DNA of 57,595 nt from Actinomycetota bacterium (GTDB lineage Bacteria; Armatimonadota; SYMT01): positions 1 through 57,595 of the forward strand of contig SYKE01000083.1 of the NCBI GenBank assembly GCA_005798285.1, given 5' to 3'. The position numbers and the translations under genes are program-made. Position 1 is the stretch's first letter. Each line of letters opens with the position of its first letter. Below the pieces are notes generated by a model. It made no database searches. It worked only from the letters and a program-made list of their open reading frames with translations, and was not told the origin of the DNA. Positions 18,530-27,118 of the stretch are shown here, in pieces.

Positions 18530-20323
18530 ATGTCCCTCACCTCTCTGCGTGACAGATTGCACAAACTCGTCTGGATCATTCCGACGTTTGCCGGCATCTT
18601 CGCGCTTTCAATTCTCATCGGCGCCAGCCCCTTTACGGGTGGCGGCGCCGGGGGCGGACCCAGCGATTCTCGCGGAGGCAGTCAACTGCTAGGGCGGATC
18701 AATGGGCAGGAAGTGACCCAGACAGACTTTGTTGCGTCGCTGGAAGGGGTTCGCAACCAGTTCCAGCAGTTCTCCCAGGGCCCCGTCACCCTGAGCCAGC
18801 AGGCTGAGTTCCCCCGCTTTGCCTACGAGTCGCTGCTTCAGGAATATGCCGTGACTGCTGCCGCGAAGGCGGCCGGTGTCACTGCCACTCCCTCTGAAGC
18901 GCGGAGCACCGCCGAAGCCGACGTCGAACAGACGCTGAAGACCCGGGGTGAAGGGCTCACGCAGGCCGAGTACGCGGAGTTCCGCAGTCGGATGCTCGCA
19001 GGCATCGACATTCCGACCATGCAACGCCGGCTGACCGGCCAAAAGCTCCAGGAGAAAATTCAGAGCGAGGCCCGACCGATCGAGATGCGCGTGGCTCACG
19101 TGTTGATCAAGGCCGATGGCCGCACCGAGGAACAAGCCGAGAAGTTGGCGCAGGACGTCGCTCGGCAGGCGCGGGCCGGAGCGGACTTCGCCAAACTGGC
19201 GGCCCAGTATTCCCAGGACGAGGGAAGCAAGGGCAAGGGTGGGGTTGTCGGCTGGGCCAGCGCTTCGCCGCCGCCTCCCGACCCCAAGGGCAAGATTGAC
19301 CCCGAGGCCGCTACCAGCTTCGTGCCGGAGTTTACCGCAGCAGCGCTCCGCCTAAAAGTGAACCAGATCAGCGATCCGGTCAAATCGCAGTTCGGCTACC
19401 ACGTGCTGAAGGCTCTGGCGGAACGCGAGTATCAGCCGACGGACGCCGATGCGAAGAAGGACCCCAAGAAGCGCCAGGAGAGAGTAAACGAGTACCGCTC
19501 GTCCATCGCCGGCGTGATCTTTCAGGGACTCATTGCGGAATATCGAGCCAAGGCGAAGGTCGACGCCACCTCCCCCTGGCTGAAGGGCTATCTTGCCGAG
19601 CAGAAGCTGAATGAGAAGTCCGCAGGCGCTGCCCCGAAGCCCGCGGATGAGAAGGTCGCCCTGGCTCCGGTGCTCACCGCCTACCAGGAGGCCCTCGACA
19701 AGAAGGGTCCAGAGGTCGACGTCGCCTTCCAGTACAAGCTGGCACAACTCTACAATCGTGCGGGGCAGACGGTTAAAGCTCAGGAGATTCTCGAGAAGGC
19801 CGTCGCGAAGCGTCCAAATGCCGAACTCGCATTTGCGCTCGGCGAGACGCTGGAGAAACTTCAGAAGAAGACGGATGCGGTCGCTGCCTACCAGAAGGCG
19901 CTGGACCAGGGGTTCGGAAACCCGACCCTCTTCTCGGACCTCGCGGAGCGCTTCAAGAAACTGGGCCGCACAGACCTTGCCGCCCAGGCAGAGAAGAAGC
20001 ACGGCGAGTTGCTCGCCAAGCAAATGGCCGACCAGAAAAAGCGCGAGGCTGAGCAGAAGGCCATGATGGACCGGATGATCAAGGAGCAGAAGGAGAAAGA
20101 AGCCGCAGAGAAGGCCGCCAAGGCTGCTGAAGCCGCCAGGGCGCCCGCCGCGGCCCCGACACCTCCCGCAGCCCCCGGCACGACCCCGGGCGCCGCCACA
20201 CCGCCGCCTGCCACACCGCCTGCGGCTGGAGCTCCCGCCGCCGCTCCGCCTTCAAGCCCGTCCGCTGCACCGGTTCCACCGGCGGCTACCCCCGCCCCGC
20301 CCGCGGCTCCGGTCAAAAAGTAA
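18530..20323 (+). CDS. membrane-anchored parvulin-type peptidyl-prolyl isomerase (SurA/PpiD-like) with TPR-like region and Pro/Ala-rich tail
   Basis: 597 aa with N-terminal TM LVWIIPTFAGIFALSILIGA. The parvulin domain is MRVAHVLIK...GADFAKLAAQYSQDEGSKGKGGVVGWAS...FGYHVLKAL. A helical repeat region and a lysine/glutamate coiled-coil follow. Confidence 0.75.
   Translation: MSLTSLRDRLHKLVWIIPTFAGIFALSILIGASPFTGGGAGGGPSDSRGGSQLLGRINGQEVTQTDFVASLEGVRNQFQQFSQGPVTLSQQAEFPRFAYESLLQEYAVTAAAKAAGVTATPSEARSTAEADVEQTLKTRGEGLTQAEYAEFRSRMLAGIDIPTMQRRLTGQKLQEKIQSEARPIEMRVAHVLIKADGRTEEQAEKLAQDVARQARAGADFAKLAAQYSQDEGSKGKGGVVGWASASPPPPDPKGKIDPEAATSFVPEFTAAALRLKVNQISDPVKSQFGYHVLKALAEREYQPTDADAKKDPKKRQERVNEYRSSIAGVIFQGLIAEYRAKAKVDATSPWLKGYLAEQKLNEKSAGAAPKPADEKVALAPVLTAYQEALDKKGPEVDVAFQYKLAQLYNRAGQTVKAQEILEKAVAKRPNAELAFALGETLEKLQKKTDAVAAYQKALDQGFGNPTLFSDLAERFKKLGRTDLAAQAEKKHGELLAKQMADQKKREAEQKAMMDRMIKEQKEKEAAEKAAKAAEAARAPAAAPTPPAAPGTTPGAATPPPATPPAAGAPAAAPPSSPSAAPVPPAATPAPPAAPVKK
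20138..20320 (+). repeat. low-complexity Pro/Ala-rich coding tract (C-terminal tail of the PPIase)
   Basis: It encodes RAPAAAPTPPAAPGTTPGAATPPPATPPAAGAPAAAPPSSPSAAPVPPAATPAPPAAPVKK. The opposite strand yields the spurious Gly/Ala ORF 19888..20316. Confidence 0.8.
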
Positions 20324-20337
20324 CTCGGCGCCCATCC

Positions 20338-21246
20338 ATGCCACCGCTACCTGAGTTTCAGTCCGAAACGGAAACTCAGGTGGTTGGGGGGCGACTCTAT
20401 GTTGTCGCCACACCAATCGGGAATCTGGGAGATCTGTCGCCTCGGGCTATCAGCACCCTCTCAACGGTCAGCTTTGTTGCAGCGGAGGACACACGTCAGA
20501 CGCGCCGGCTGCTGGCTGCCAACGACATCCACACGCCGCTGATCTCCTTCCACAGCCACTCCTCCCCGCAGAGGATGGAAGAGGTGCTGCACCGCGTAAA
20601 GGCCGGCGAGTCTGCCGCGCTGGTGACCGACGCCGGCACGCCCGGCATCAGTGATCCTGGTGGCGAGCTTGTGCGGGCGGCGGTAGACCTGGGAATACGT
20701 GTGGTGCCCATTCCGGGCGCCAGCGCCCCGATTTGTGCACTCTCGGCATCCGGCCTCGATCCGTCCCGCTTCTTGTTTCACGGGTTCCTACCCCGCAAGT
20801 CCGGCGACCGTCGAAAGGCCCTCCAGCAGTTGGCGAGCCTGCCTCACACGCTGATCTTCTTTGAGGCCGCCAATCGACTGGACGAGACCCTACGGGACCT
20901 TGCAGCCGTACTGGGAAACCGTCAGTCCGTGGTGGCGCGTGAACTCACCAAGTACTTTGAGGAGTTTGTGCGGGGCTCGCTCGAAGAGCTGGAGATCTGG
21001 GCGCGGGAAAAGCCGCCGCGCGGCGAGTGCGTGGTACTTGTGGCAGGGAATCCCGCTGAACCTCCGATTGCCGAAGCGGCCAATCAGACCGAAGCCTTGC
21101 TGGATCTGCTGGAGCAGGGCCTTTCGGTTCGGGACGCGAGCCGACGACTGAGTGAAACGACAGGCATCCCCCGCAGGGAGCTGTACGAACTCGCCACCCG
21201 CCTGAGGAATGATCAAGGGGTCACGAACGGGGCCACCGTGGGGTAA
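20338..21246 (+). CDS. rsmI: 16S rRNA (cytidine1402-2'-O)-methyltransferase
   Basis: 302 aa. GRLYVVATPIGNLGDLSPRAISTL...VAAEDTRQTRRLL, LVTDAGTPGISDPG and IPGASA are the tetrapyrrole-methylase-fold RsmI motifs. Confidence 0.9.
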   Translation: MPPLPEFQSETETQVVGGRLYVVATPIGNLGDLSPRAISTLSTVSFVAAEDTRQTRRLLAANDIHTPLISFHSHSSPQRMEEVLHRVKAGESAALVTDAGTPGISDPGGELVRAAVDLGIRVVPIPGASAPICALSASGLDPSRFLFHGFLPRKSGDRRKALQQLASLPHTLIFFEAANRLDETLRDLAAVLGNRQSVVARELTKYFEEFVRGSLEELEIWAREKPPRGECVVLVAGNPAEPPIAEAANQTEALLDLLEQGLSVRDASRRLSETTGIPRRELYELATRLRNDQGVTNGATVG

Positions 21247-21248
21247 CC

Positions 21249-21914
21249 CTAGCTCACGGCCGCCGAAGGCACGACCCAAACCTTGGCGCAGACTTCATCG
21301 CCAAGGGCATATTCCTGGTTGTTGACCCGCACCAGCAGCGGTCCGTTGAAAGGCGCCCGGGACGCAACTTCCAGCCTCGCCCCGGGAACCATTCCCAACT
21401 CCGCGACATACGTGAGGAACTCGGGAGTTTCATCCGAGATTCTGGAAATGAGCACCTCGTCACCCGGAACCAGCGTACCAAGGCGGACATCGCCCGCCGG
21501 CAAATCCCAGTCGATGGGCTGCCCGTGCGGACACGTGGTGGGATGACCGAGCAGGTTTCGAAGGCGCTCTTCCACCTCGGGCGTGATGTGATGCTCGAGC
21601 TTTCCCGCGAGCTCATCCACCGAATGCCACGGCATCCCGAGCACGTCCACCAACAGCCGCTCAAGCAGCCCATGCCGGCGGATGGTCCGCAATGCGACAA
21701 CCCGGCCCTCCTCGGAAAGCGTGATGCCGTGATAGCGCTCGTGGATGATGAGTCCACGCTCCGCCAGACGCTTCACCATACCGGTCACCGATGCCGGCGA
21801 GACCTTCAGGCTTCGAGCCAGATCGGTGGTGGTTACCTCGGCCTGCTCACGGGACAGTCGGTAGATCCACTCGAGGTATTCTTCAACGTTGGCGCTGAGG
21901 GGGGTTTCCTGCAT
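21249..21914 (-). CDS. DtxR/MntR-family metal-dependent transcriptional repressor with C-terminal FeoA/SH3-like domain
   Basis: The ORF-track ORF extends to 21953. I prefer MQETPLSANVEEYLEWIYRL (ATG at complement 21912-21914). wHTH is TTTDLARSLKVSPASVTGMVKRLAERGLI, the metal/dimerisation region is GLLERLLVDVLGMPW...HPTTCPHG, and the FeoA-like tail is LVPGDEVLISRISDE...PGARLEV. Confidence 0.8.
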   Translation of the reverse strand: MQETPLSANVEEYLEWIYRLSREQAEVTTTDLARSLKVSPASVTGMVKRLAERGLIIHERYHGITLSEEGRVVALRTIRRHGLLERLLVDVLGMPWHSVDELAGKLEHHITPEVEERLRNLLGHPTTCPHGQPIDWDLPAGDVRLGTLVPGDEVLISRISDETPEFLTYVAELGMVPGARLEVASRAPFNGPLLVRVNNQEYALGDEVCAKVWVVPSAAVS

Positions 21915-22127
21915 CGTCGGGCCGCTTTCGGAAGTGAGGGCCACACCCTCCACGCCATTATACCACCGCTCCGACCACTGGGGCTTTCAGGGCACGATTG
22001 GGCCCTGGGAGGGTAGAGATTTGCAGGGTTGCACAAGATTGTTCACGAAATTCAGGACACGGTAGAGGAACCCGGGTAAAATGTTTTCCAATTGAAGATT
22101 CACTTGAGGATCTGTTGGAGCCCACCC

Positions 22128-22493
22128 GTGCGGGACCACGAACTCGAAGTCTGGTTGGAGAATTGGCAAGCGACGCCCGTCGTTTGCGCCGCCGGCACCA
22201 TACGCCTGGGAACCGTATCGTCGCTTTACGACCTGACGGCACAGGCGGCCCTCGCGGCGCCCTCAAGAATTGTCTTCGACTTCAGTCGTGTCGCAACTAT
22301 TGATTCTTCCGGGCTAGGTGTGGTAGTTGCTGCCCGGAAGAAGCTGGGTGGACACTCCGGGTGCGTGGGTGTACTCGCACTAAGCGAGCAAGTCCTCGGC
22401 GCATTCGAACTCGCCGGACTCAACCACTGTCTGATGAGCCGCTTGGACGCTGATCCTCGCGCCTTCGAGGACACTCGTTTCGTCGCCGGTTAG
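22128..22493 (+). CDS. STAS-domain protein (anti-sigma-factor antagonist-like)
   Basis: The ORF track starts at TTG 22092. GTG at 22128 has GGAG 7 nt upstream. RIVFDFSRVATIDSSGLGVVVAARKKL is the SpoIIAA-type DSSG phospho-serine loop. Confidence 0.6.
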   Translation: MRDHELEVWLENWQATPVVCAAGTIRLGTVSSLYDLTAQAALAAPSRIVFDFSRVATIDSSGLGVVVAARKKLGGHSGCVGVLALSEQVLGAFELAGLNHCLMSRLDADPRAFEDTRFVAG

Positions 22494-22726
22494 CGGACGT
22501 CCTCGGTGCCCGGCAGCGGCATGGGCTCCGAAAACTGACCCTCTTCCGACAGTACTCTCAAACGCGACTCGGCGTCGTCCAGTCGTGCCGCACAGACCCG
22601 CGATAGTCGGATGGCCACTTCGTACTGAGCGAGCGACTGGTCCAGGGTCAACTCACCGCTCTCCAATTGGGCTGCGATCGCTTCCAGCTTTTCCAGCGCC
22701 GCCTCAAAGCTCAGCTCACTCGTCAT
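22490..22726 (-). CDS. xseB: exodeoxyribonuclease VII small subunit
   Basis: 78 aa. FEAALEKLEAIAAQLESGELTLDQSLAQYEVAIRLSRVCAARLDDAESRLRVL. It overlaps xseA by 4 nt. Confidence 0.85.
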   Translation of the reverse strand: MTSELSFEAALEKLEAIAAQLESGELTLDQSLAQYEVAIRLSRVCAARLDDAESRLRVLSEEGQFSEPMPLPGTEDVR

Positions 22727-23979
22727 ATCGATACACCTAGTATCTGGATCTCACGAACCTCGCAGTGTGCGGATCCGTCGAGAAAACGTAGACAAAGTTG
22801 GTCATCTCTATCCAATCCTTGAACTGAGGTGACCGATTCTCCATCCGGCCGCGTCACAGCCGCGTAACCGCGAGAGAGAACTCCCAGTGGGCTCAGGCCT
22901 TGAAGTCGGGCCGCCGCGGCTTGAAGTCGAGCGCGCTCACCCTCGAGGCGGCGCCTCACCCGGCCCTCGCAGCCGAGGCAAATCTCGTCGAGCCGCCTGC
23001 GCCGGTCATTGACTCCATCCACGGGCCGCGAGAGCGAGGCTCGACTCAGGAGCGCTTCAAACCGGTACCGAGTCGCCTGGATGCTGTATCGTGAGTCCGC
23101 CGCGATCCGGCGACGCGCTGCTGCAAGCCTCTCCACGGCTTCCCGCCGTCGCTGAACGATCCATTCGGCTGCGGCAGTAGGGGTTGCGGCCCGCAGGTCG
23201 GCGGCTAGGTCTGTGAGCGTAAAGTCGGTCTCATGCCCAACAGCGGAGATCACCGGCATCGGCAGCGCGGCAACGGCCCTTACCACCTCTTCGAGATTGA
23301 AGCACCAGAGATCCTCAATCGACCCGCCGCCTCGTGCCAGGATGGCAAGGTCGGCATGCGAGTGCTCCGCCACGCGGTGCAGCGCCGCCACAAGAGAGGG
23401 AGCCGCGTCCATACCCTGAACGAGCGCGGGCGCGAGAATCAACTCAACCGGCGGTCGAGCCCTGGAAAGGGTCACCCCAATATCTCGAATCACGGCGCCG
23501 GTATGAGACGTCACTACCGCTATCCGAATCGGGATTGTCGGAAGCGGTCGTTTCCGCTCCTGCGAGAACAGACCCTCCAGCTCGAGCTTTTGACGAGTCC
23601 TCTCGAGCTGGGCCTGCAGTGCCCCCGCCCCATCCGGCCGGACGGCATCAACCGTCAACTGGTACTGTCCGCGGGGCGCGTACACGTCGAGATTTCCGTG
23701 GACAAGAACCTGATGCCCAACATCCAGGGGAAACGTAATCGACGCCGCCGTTCGCCTCCAGAGCACGCACGATAGCATCGCCTCGCTGTCCCGGAGGGTG
23801 AAGTAGATGTGGCCCGAGCTCGGTCTCGTCAGCGATCCGACTTCCCCCCGAATCCAAACGCTCTGGAGCCCGGGATGAGATCGAACGAGTCCGGACAGCC
23901 GTTGGGTGAACTCACCGACCGAACAGCAGGCAAAGCCCGCTGTCTCCACCGAGATCCCGGATGTGCTGGCTCGACGCAT
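22723..23979 (-). CDS. xseA: exodeoxyribonuclease VII large subunit
   Basis: 418 aa. The OB-fold N-terminus is VWIRGEVGSLTRPSSGHIYFTLRD. The catalytic core is RIAVVTSHTGAVIRD, ARGGGSIEDLWCFN and ISAVGHETDFTL, followed by a coiled-coil tail. Confidence 0.85.
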   Translation of the reverse strand: MRRASTSGISVETAGFACCSVGEFTQRLSGLVRSHPGLQSVWIRGEVGSLTRPSSGHIYFTLRDSEAMLSCVLWRRTAASITFPLDVGHQVLVHGNLDVYAPRGQYQLTVDAVRPDGAGALQAQLERTRQKLELEGLFSQERKRPLPTIPIRIAVVTSHTGAVIRDIGVTLSRARPPVELILAPALVQGMDAAPSLVAALHRVAEHSHADLAILARGGGSIEDLWCFNLEEVVRAVAALPMPVISAVGHETDFTLTDLAADLRAATPTAAAEWIVQRRREAVERLAAARRRIAADSRYSIQATRYRFEALLSRASLSRPVDGVNDRRRRLDEICLGCEGRVRRRLEGERARLQAAAARLQGLSPLGVLSRGYAAVTRPDGESVTSVQGLDRDDQLCLRFLDGSAHCEVREIQILGVSI

Positions 23980-23981
23980 GG

Positions 23982-24269
23982 TCAGGCCGACCGTATGAGA
24001 TGGCCCGAGGCGGTGATCTCAGCCTGCCGGTTCAGCATGGCGACCTCTACCCGTGCCGCGCGCAAGCGAACAATCTCACGAGCGACCGATACGGTCACTC
24101 TGCCATCTCTGCAAGATTCCAAATCCAACAATTCCCGCTCCAGGTGCGAAAGTTCGGCACGGAGCCGCTCCCCTTCCCACTCCAGTATTCGGAGCCGCTC
24201 GCGCTCAAGATCCACTGCCGTCGAGTGTCGTCGCCACTGCTGCACCAGGAGTTGGACCAATCGCGCCAT
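23982..24269 (-). CDS. small coiled-coil protein, function unknown
   Basis: The ORF-track ORF (23982..24416) would overlap the upstream gene. The internal ATG (complement 24267-24269) gives 95 aa: MARLVQLLVQQWRRHSTAVDLERERLRILEWEGERLRAELSHLERELLDLES... It sits 8 nt after the DUF151 stop and 2 nt before the xseA start. Confidence 0.4.
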   Translation of the reverse strand: MARLVQLLVQQWRRHSTAVDLERERLRILEWEGERLRAELSHLERELLDLESCRDGRVTVSVAREIVRLRAARVEVAMLNRQAEITASGHLIRSA

Positions 24270-24277
24270 CCGCTCTC

Positions 24278-24808
24278 CTAGTCGTCGGAGATGGGACACT
24301 GACCTTCCTCCAGCACATGCTCCGCCACAAAGATGCTCGCACCGCAGCGGAGCGCCACGGCGATGGCATCGCTCGAACGACAGTCGATCTCGAACTGGCG
24401 TTCGCCCTGTCGACACACCAGCTTGGCGTAGAACACATTCTTGTACAGATCATCGACCACCGCGGACTGGATAGTGCCGCCCAATCGATCAAGAAGCGCT
24501 CGAATCAGGTCGTGGGTGCAGGGCCGGCGCGGAGCCTGACCTTCGATCGCAAGCAGGATGGCGGCCGCGACTTCCTGACCCACAAAGATCGGCAGATTCC
24601 TGCCCTTGGCATCCTTCAACAGGACGAACGGCCCCCCGCCCTGGGTGCTCTCGTAGACCCCTTCGACCCGGACCTCACGTTCGATGATCTTGGGTCGGCT
24701 CCGATCGGCGCTCTCCTCGGGCGCGGCAGGACCATCAGGCTGACCTTCTTCCTGGCGAGACAGGAAGTAGTCCTTAGCACTCTTGAGGATGTCGTCTTCT
24801 GAGGCCAC
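24278..24808 (-). CDS. bifunctional nuclease family (DUF151) protein
   Basis: 176 aa with a GTG start preceded by GAGGAG about 9 nt upstream. VRVEGVYESTQGGGPFVLLKDAKGRNLPIFVGQEVAAAILLAIEG...RPCTHDL...VVDDLYKNVFYAKL...IDCRSSDAIAVALRCGASIFV is the DUF151 pattern. Confidence 0.75.
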   Translation of the reverse strand: MASEDDILKSAKDYFLSRQEEGQPDGPAAPEESADRSRPKIIEREVRVEGVYESTQGGGPFVLLKDAKGRNLPIFVGQEVAAAILLAIEGQAPRRPCTHDLIRALLDRLGGTIQSAVVDDLYKNVFYAKLVCRQGERQFEIDCRSSDAIAVALRCGASIFVAEHVLEEGQCPISDD

Positions 24809-24972
24809 TGAGTACGTCTCCTCGCCGTCCGGCGTTCCTGCATAGCTTACTATTTAGTTTAGACGGCTAACAGGAACATTCAGCGCGAGTTCGGACCGCA
24901 GCAACGGTCGGACAGCACCGGATTTCTGGTCGGTACCAACACCCTATCGGTTTCCGGCCCGTTAGCAAACTT

Positions 24973-26169
24973 ATGAGTCACTCCATCCTTCCCCATCGGA
25001 CCGCCCTCCTCGCGGCAACACTTCCGGCGGGGGGCGGGTCGTCCATGACCGGTGCAGCTCCCCCGCCAGAGTCGAGTCTCTTTTCAACTGCAATTACACG
25101 ACCGACCGATGGAAAGAACGGCTACGAGGATCTCGTGGCGGCCGCGGACCTCATCCTGGGTAGGCCCTGGTACGCCCGAGTTGGGGACGCCAGGCTCACG
25201 CTTCGAGATCGGCGCACTATTCTCGCGGATCCCCCATGCCGGAAGGCCCTCGCTCTCGTCCAGCGTGGCCTCCGAAAGCCGATCTCCTCCAGCCGGGCCG
25301 AGCTGAACTACGAGACCCGACTTCCGGAGCTGGCTGTCTTCAGAAGCCTGGGCCGGGTAATCGTTCACGAGATCTACGTTCGCTGCGCAGATGGCGACAC
25401 CGCCGGCGCCGTTCCCGCAGCGTCGCTCGGACTCAGCCTCGGATATGCCATCCAGCTTCAGACTCTAGTTCACGGGCTGGTCGGCGTCGCGATCGAAACG
25501 ATGGTGTTGAAGGAGGCCATCGCTCGTCTGCCACAGCTAACCCTCCGGGACTGCGCTTCGCTCTTGCGGGTGTGCCACGACCGGCTCGACCGCCCCTCGT
25601 CTTTCGTTAGCCTGGTCCGCCAGGAACTGCGGACCATGCAGCAGCAGATCCCCCAGCTGGTAGATCGCGCCAGGAACGGAGGTGTGGCTGAGGTGGCAGC
25701 GCTTCTGGGTGTCGATCCCCAGTCGACCGATCGATGGAGGGGCATCCTCGCTCGTCCCGAGAGCACGCAGCGGTTTGTTGCCGACGCGGGCGTCGAAGCC
25801 CGCCGCGTGGAGCGGCTGATCGAAGAACAGGCCGCCCGCCCGGTGTGGGAGCGCCGCTTTCCCGATACGCCCCCGGAATTGAGCGCGGGTGCGGCAATGG
25901 TTTGGATGCTTCTCCCCGCGCTTCAGACCGTCAACGGTGCATTCGCCCGGGAAGAGGCCTATCTCCGGTTGATGGCCACCCATGTGGCGGTCCACGCATT
26001 TCGGTGGCAGCACGGACGGCTCCCCGCCACGCTTCCCGAACTTCGCGCAGGAGATTTCGCAGTGGATCCCTTTACTGGTGGTGTGCTGGAGTATGTACTC
26101 GCCGGTGAGTCGTACCGACTTATCAGCGCCGGCGACCCCTCGGGAGAGGCTCTGGAGCTGCTTCCTTGA
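24973..26169 (+). CDS. hypothetical protein
   Basis: 398 aa with no motif I can name. The C-terminal DPFTGGVLEYVLAGESYRLISAGDPSG resembles tails of pseudopilin-associated proteins, a weak match from memory. It reads more protein-like than the antisense ORF 25537..26340. Confidence 0.45.
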   Translation: MSHSILPHRTALLAATLPAGGGSSMTGAAPPPESSLFSTAITRPTDGKNGYEDLVAAADLILGRPWYARVGDARLTLRDRRTILADPPCRKALALVQRGLRKPISSSRAELNYETRLPELAVFRSLGRVIVHEIYVRCADGDTAGAVPAASLGLSLGYAIQLQTLVHGLVGVAIETMVLKEAIARLPQLTLRDCASLLRVCHDRLDRPSSFVSLVRQELRTMQQQIPQLVDRARNGGVAEVAALLGVDPQSTDRWRGILARPESTQRFVADAGVEARRVERLIEEQAARPVWERRFPDTPPELSAGAAMVWMLLPALQTVNGAFAREEAYLRLMATHVAVHAFRWQHGRLPATLPELRAGDFAVDPFTGGVLEYVLAGESYRLISAGDPSGEALELLP

Positions 26170-26289
26170 TACTCCGGCGAAGGCAGTTCCAAGTACTCCC
26201 CGCGGAGTTGCCGGGTTGCGCTCCGTTGCACGTCGCATGCGTGCTAGGATGGTTGGAGAGCCCGCGAAAAGTCGGGACGCAGGGAAGTA

Positions 26290-26853
26290 ATGGAAGAAGC
26301 TACGAGCACTGTCGTGCAAGAGGTCCGCTCGCCTGGCCAAACGTTTTGGGAAGCGGGCTCTTCTGTGTCAAGGCCCCTCCAGGTCATTGAGGGGGTAGGG
26401 GCGATTCGGAGCGGAGGCATTGCCGTGGGCCTGGTTGGTCCGGGGCAAATCGCGTTTCCGGTGCCGGGCGTGCCCCTCGCCGAACGGGCCGCCGCTGACT
26501 TCGTCGCCATCACCGAGGTGGTGGCCCGAGAAATTGACCCTACGTCGGCCGCCATCACCATCGACGTCCTGGTCGAGAGCGTACAGGCATTGATCGAGTC
26601 GGCCCACAATCTGGGCAACTCATCGCTTCCTCAGCGATTGGCATCGGTGCTGTTGCAGATCACCGAGATGACGGGTCAGCCCGTGGTCAACTGCCGTCAG
26701 GACATCCTCGCGATGGCTGCGGCGGCGCGGCGAGAAAGCGTGGCCACCATCCTCTCCAAGTGGCGAGAGGAAGAGTGGATCGTCACCCGTTACAGGCGCA
26801 CGCGAATCCTCGATCGGGATCAACTCACGGCGATCCGGGACGGGTACGGATAA
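26290..26853 (+). CDS. Crp/Fnr-family transcriptional regulator (short effector domain)
   Basis: 187 aa. The C-terminal HTH is LPQRLASVLLQITEMTG...CRQDILAMAAAARRESVATILSKWREEEWI. AGGGAAG lies just upstream of the ATG. Confidence 0.65.
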   Translation: MEEATSTVVQEVRSPGQTFWEAGSSVSRPLQVIEGVGAIRSGGIAVGLVGPGQIAFPVPGVPLAERAAADFVAITEVVAREIDPTSAAITIDVLVESVQALIESAHNLGNSSLPQRLASVLLQITEMTGQPVVNCRQDILAMAAAARRESVATILSKWREEEWIVTRYRRTRILDRDQLTAIRDGYG

Positions 26854-27118
26854 GTCGCTGCGCCTCCCCCGGAGGTTAAGGCTCGCCGACTCCGCCGCCT
26901 GATCGGCGCCGGTACGGTATCGCTTTCCGTCGGCACGGGATAACATACAGGTCGCCCCACCGGAGCCCTGCTTCGGTGACATCTTGTTGTCGTCTTGATG
27001 CGGCGTCCCGGGCTCGTTGGGTGGCGGAGAACCCGGAAGTTGTGGTGTTTCCCACGCGCGTTCGCGCCTCGAGGCGCCCACTCTGCTCTTCTTTCCGCTG
27101 CTCCACAAGAGAGTCCCC

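Noticed and set aside
27064-27077. Perfect 14-bp palindrome GCGCCTCGAGGCGC about 45 nt upstream of the ParB-like start, considered as a parS-like or operator site
   Set aside because: Several perfect 7+7 palindromes are expected by chance in 57 kb of GC-rich DNA (roughly 4^-7 per position). There is no second copy in the window. It may merit follow-up only if it recurs genome-wide.
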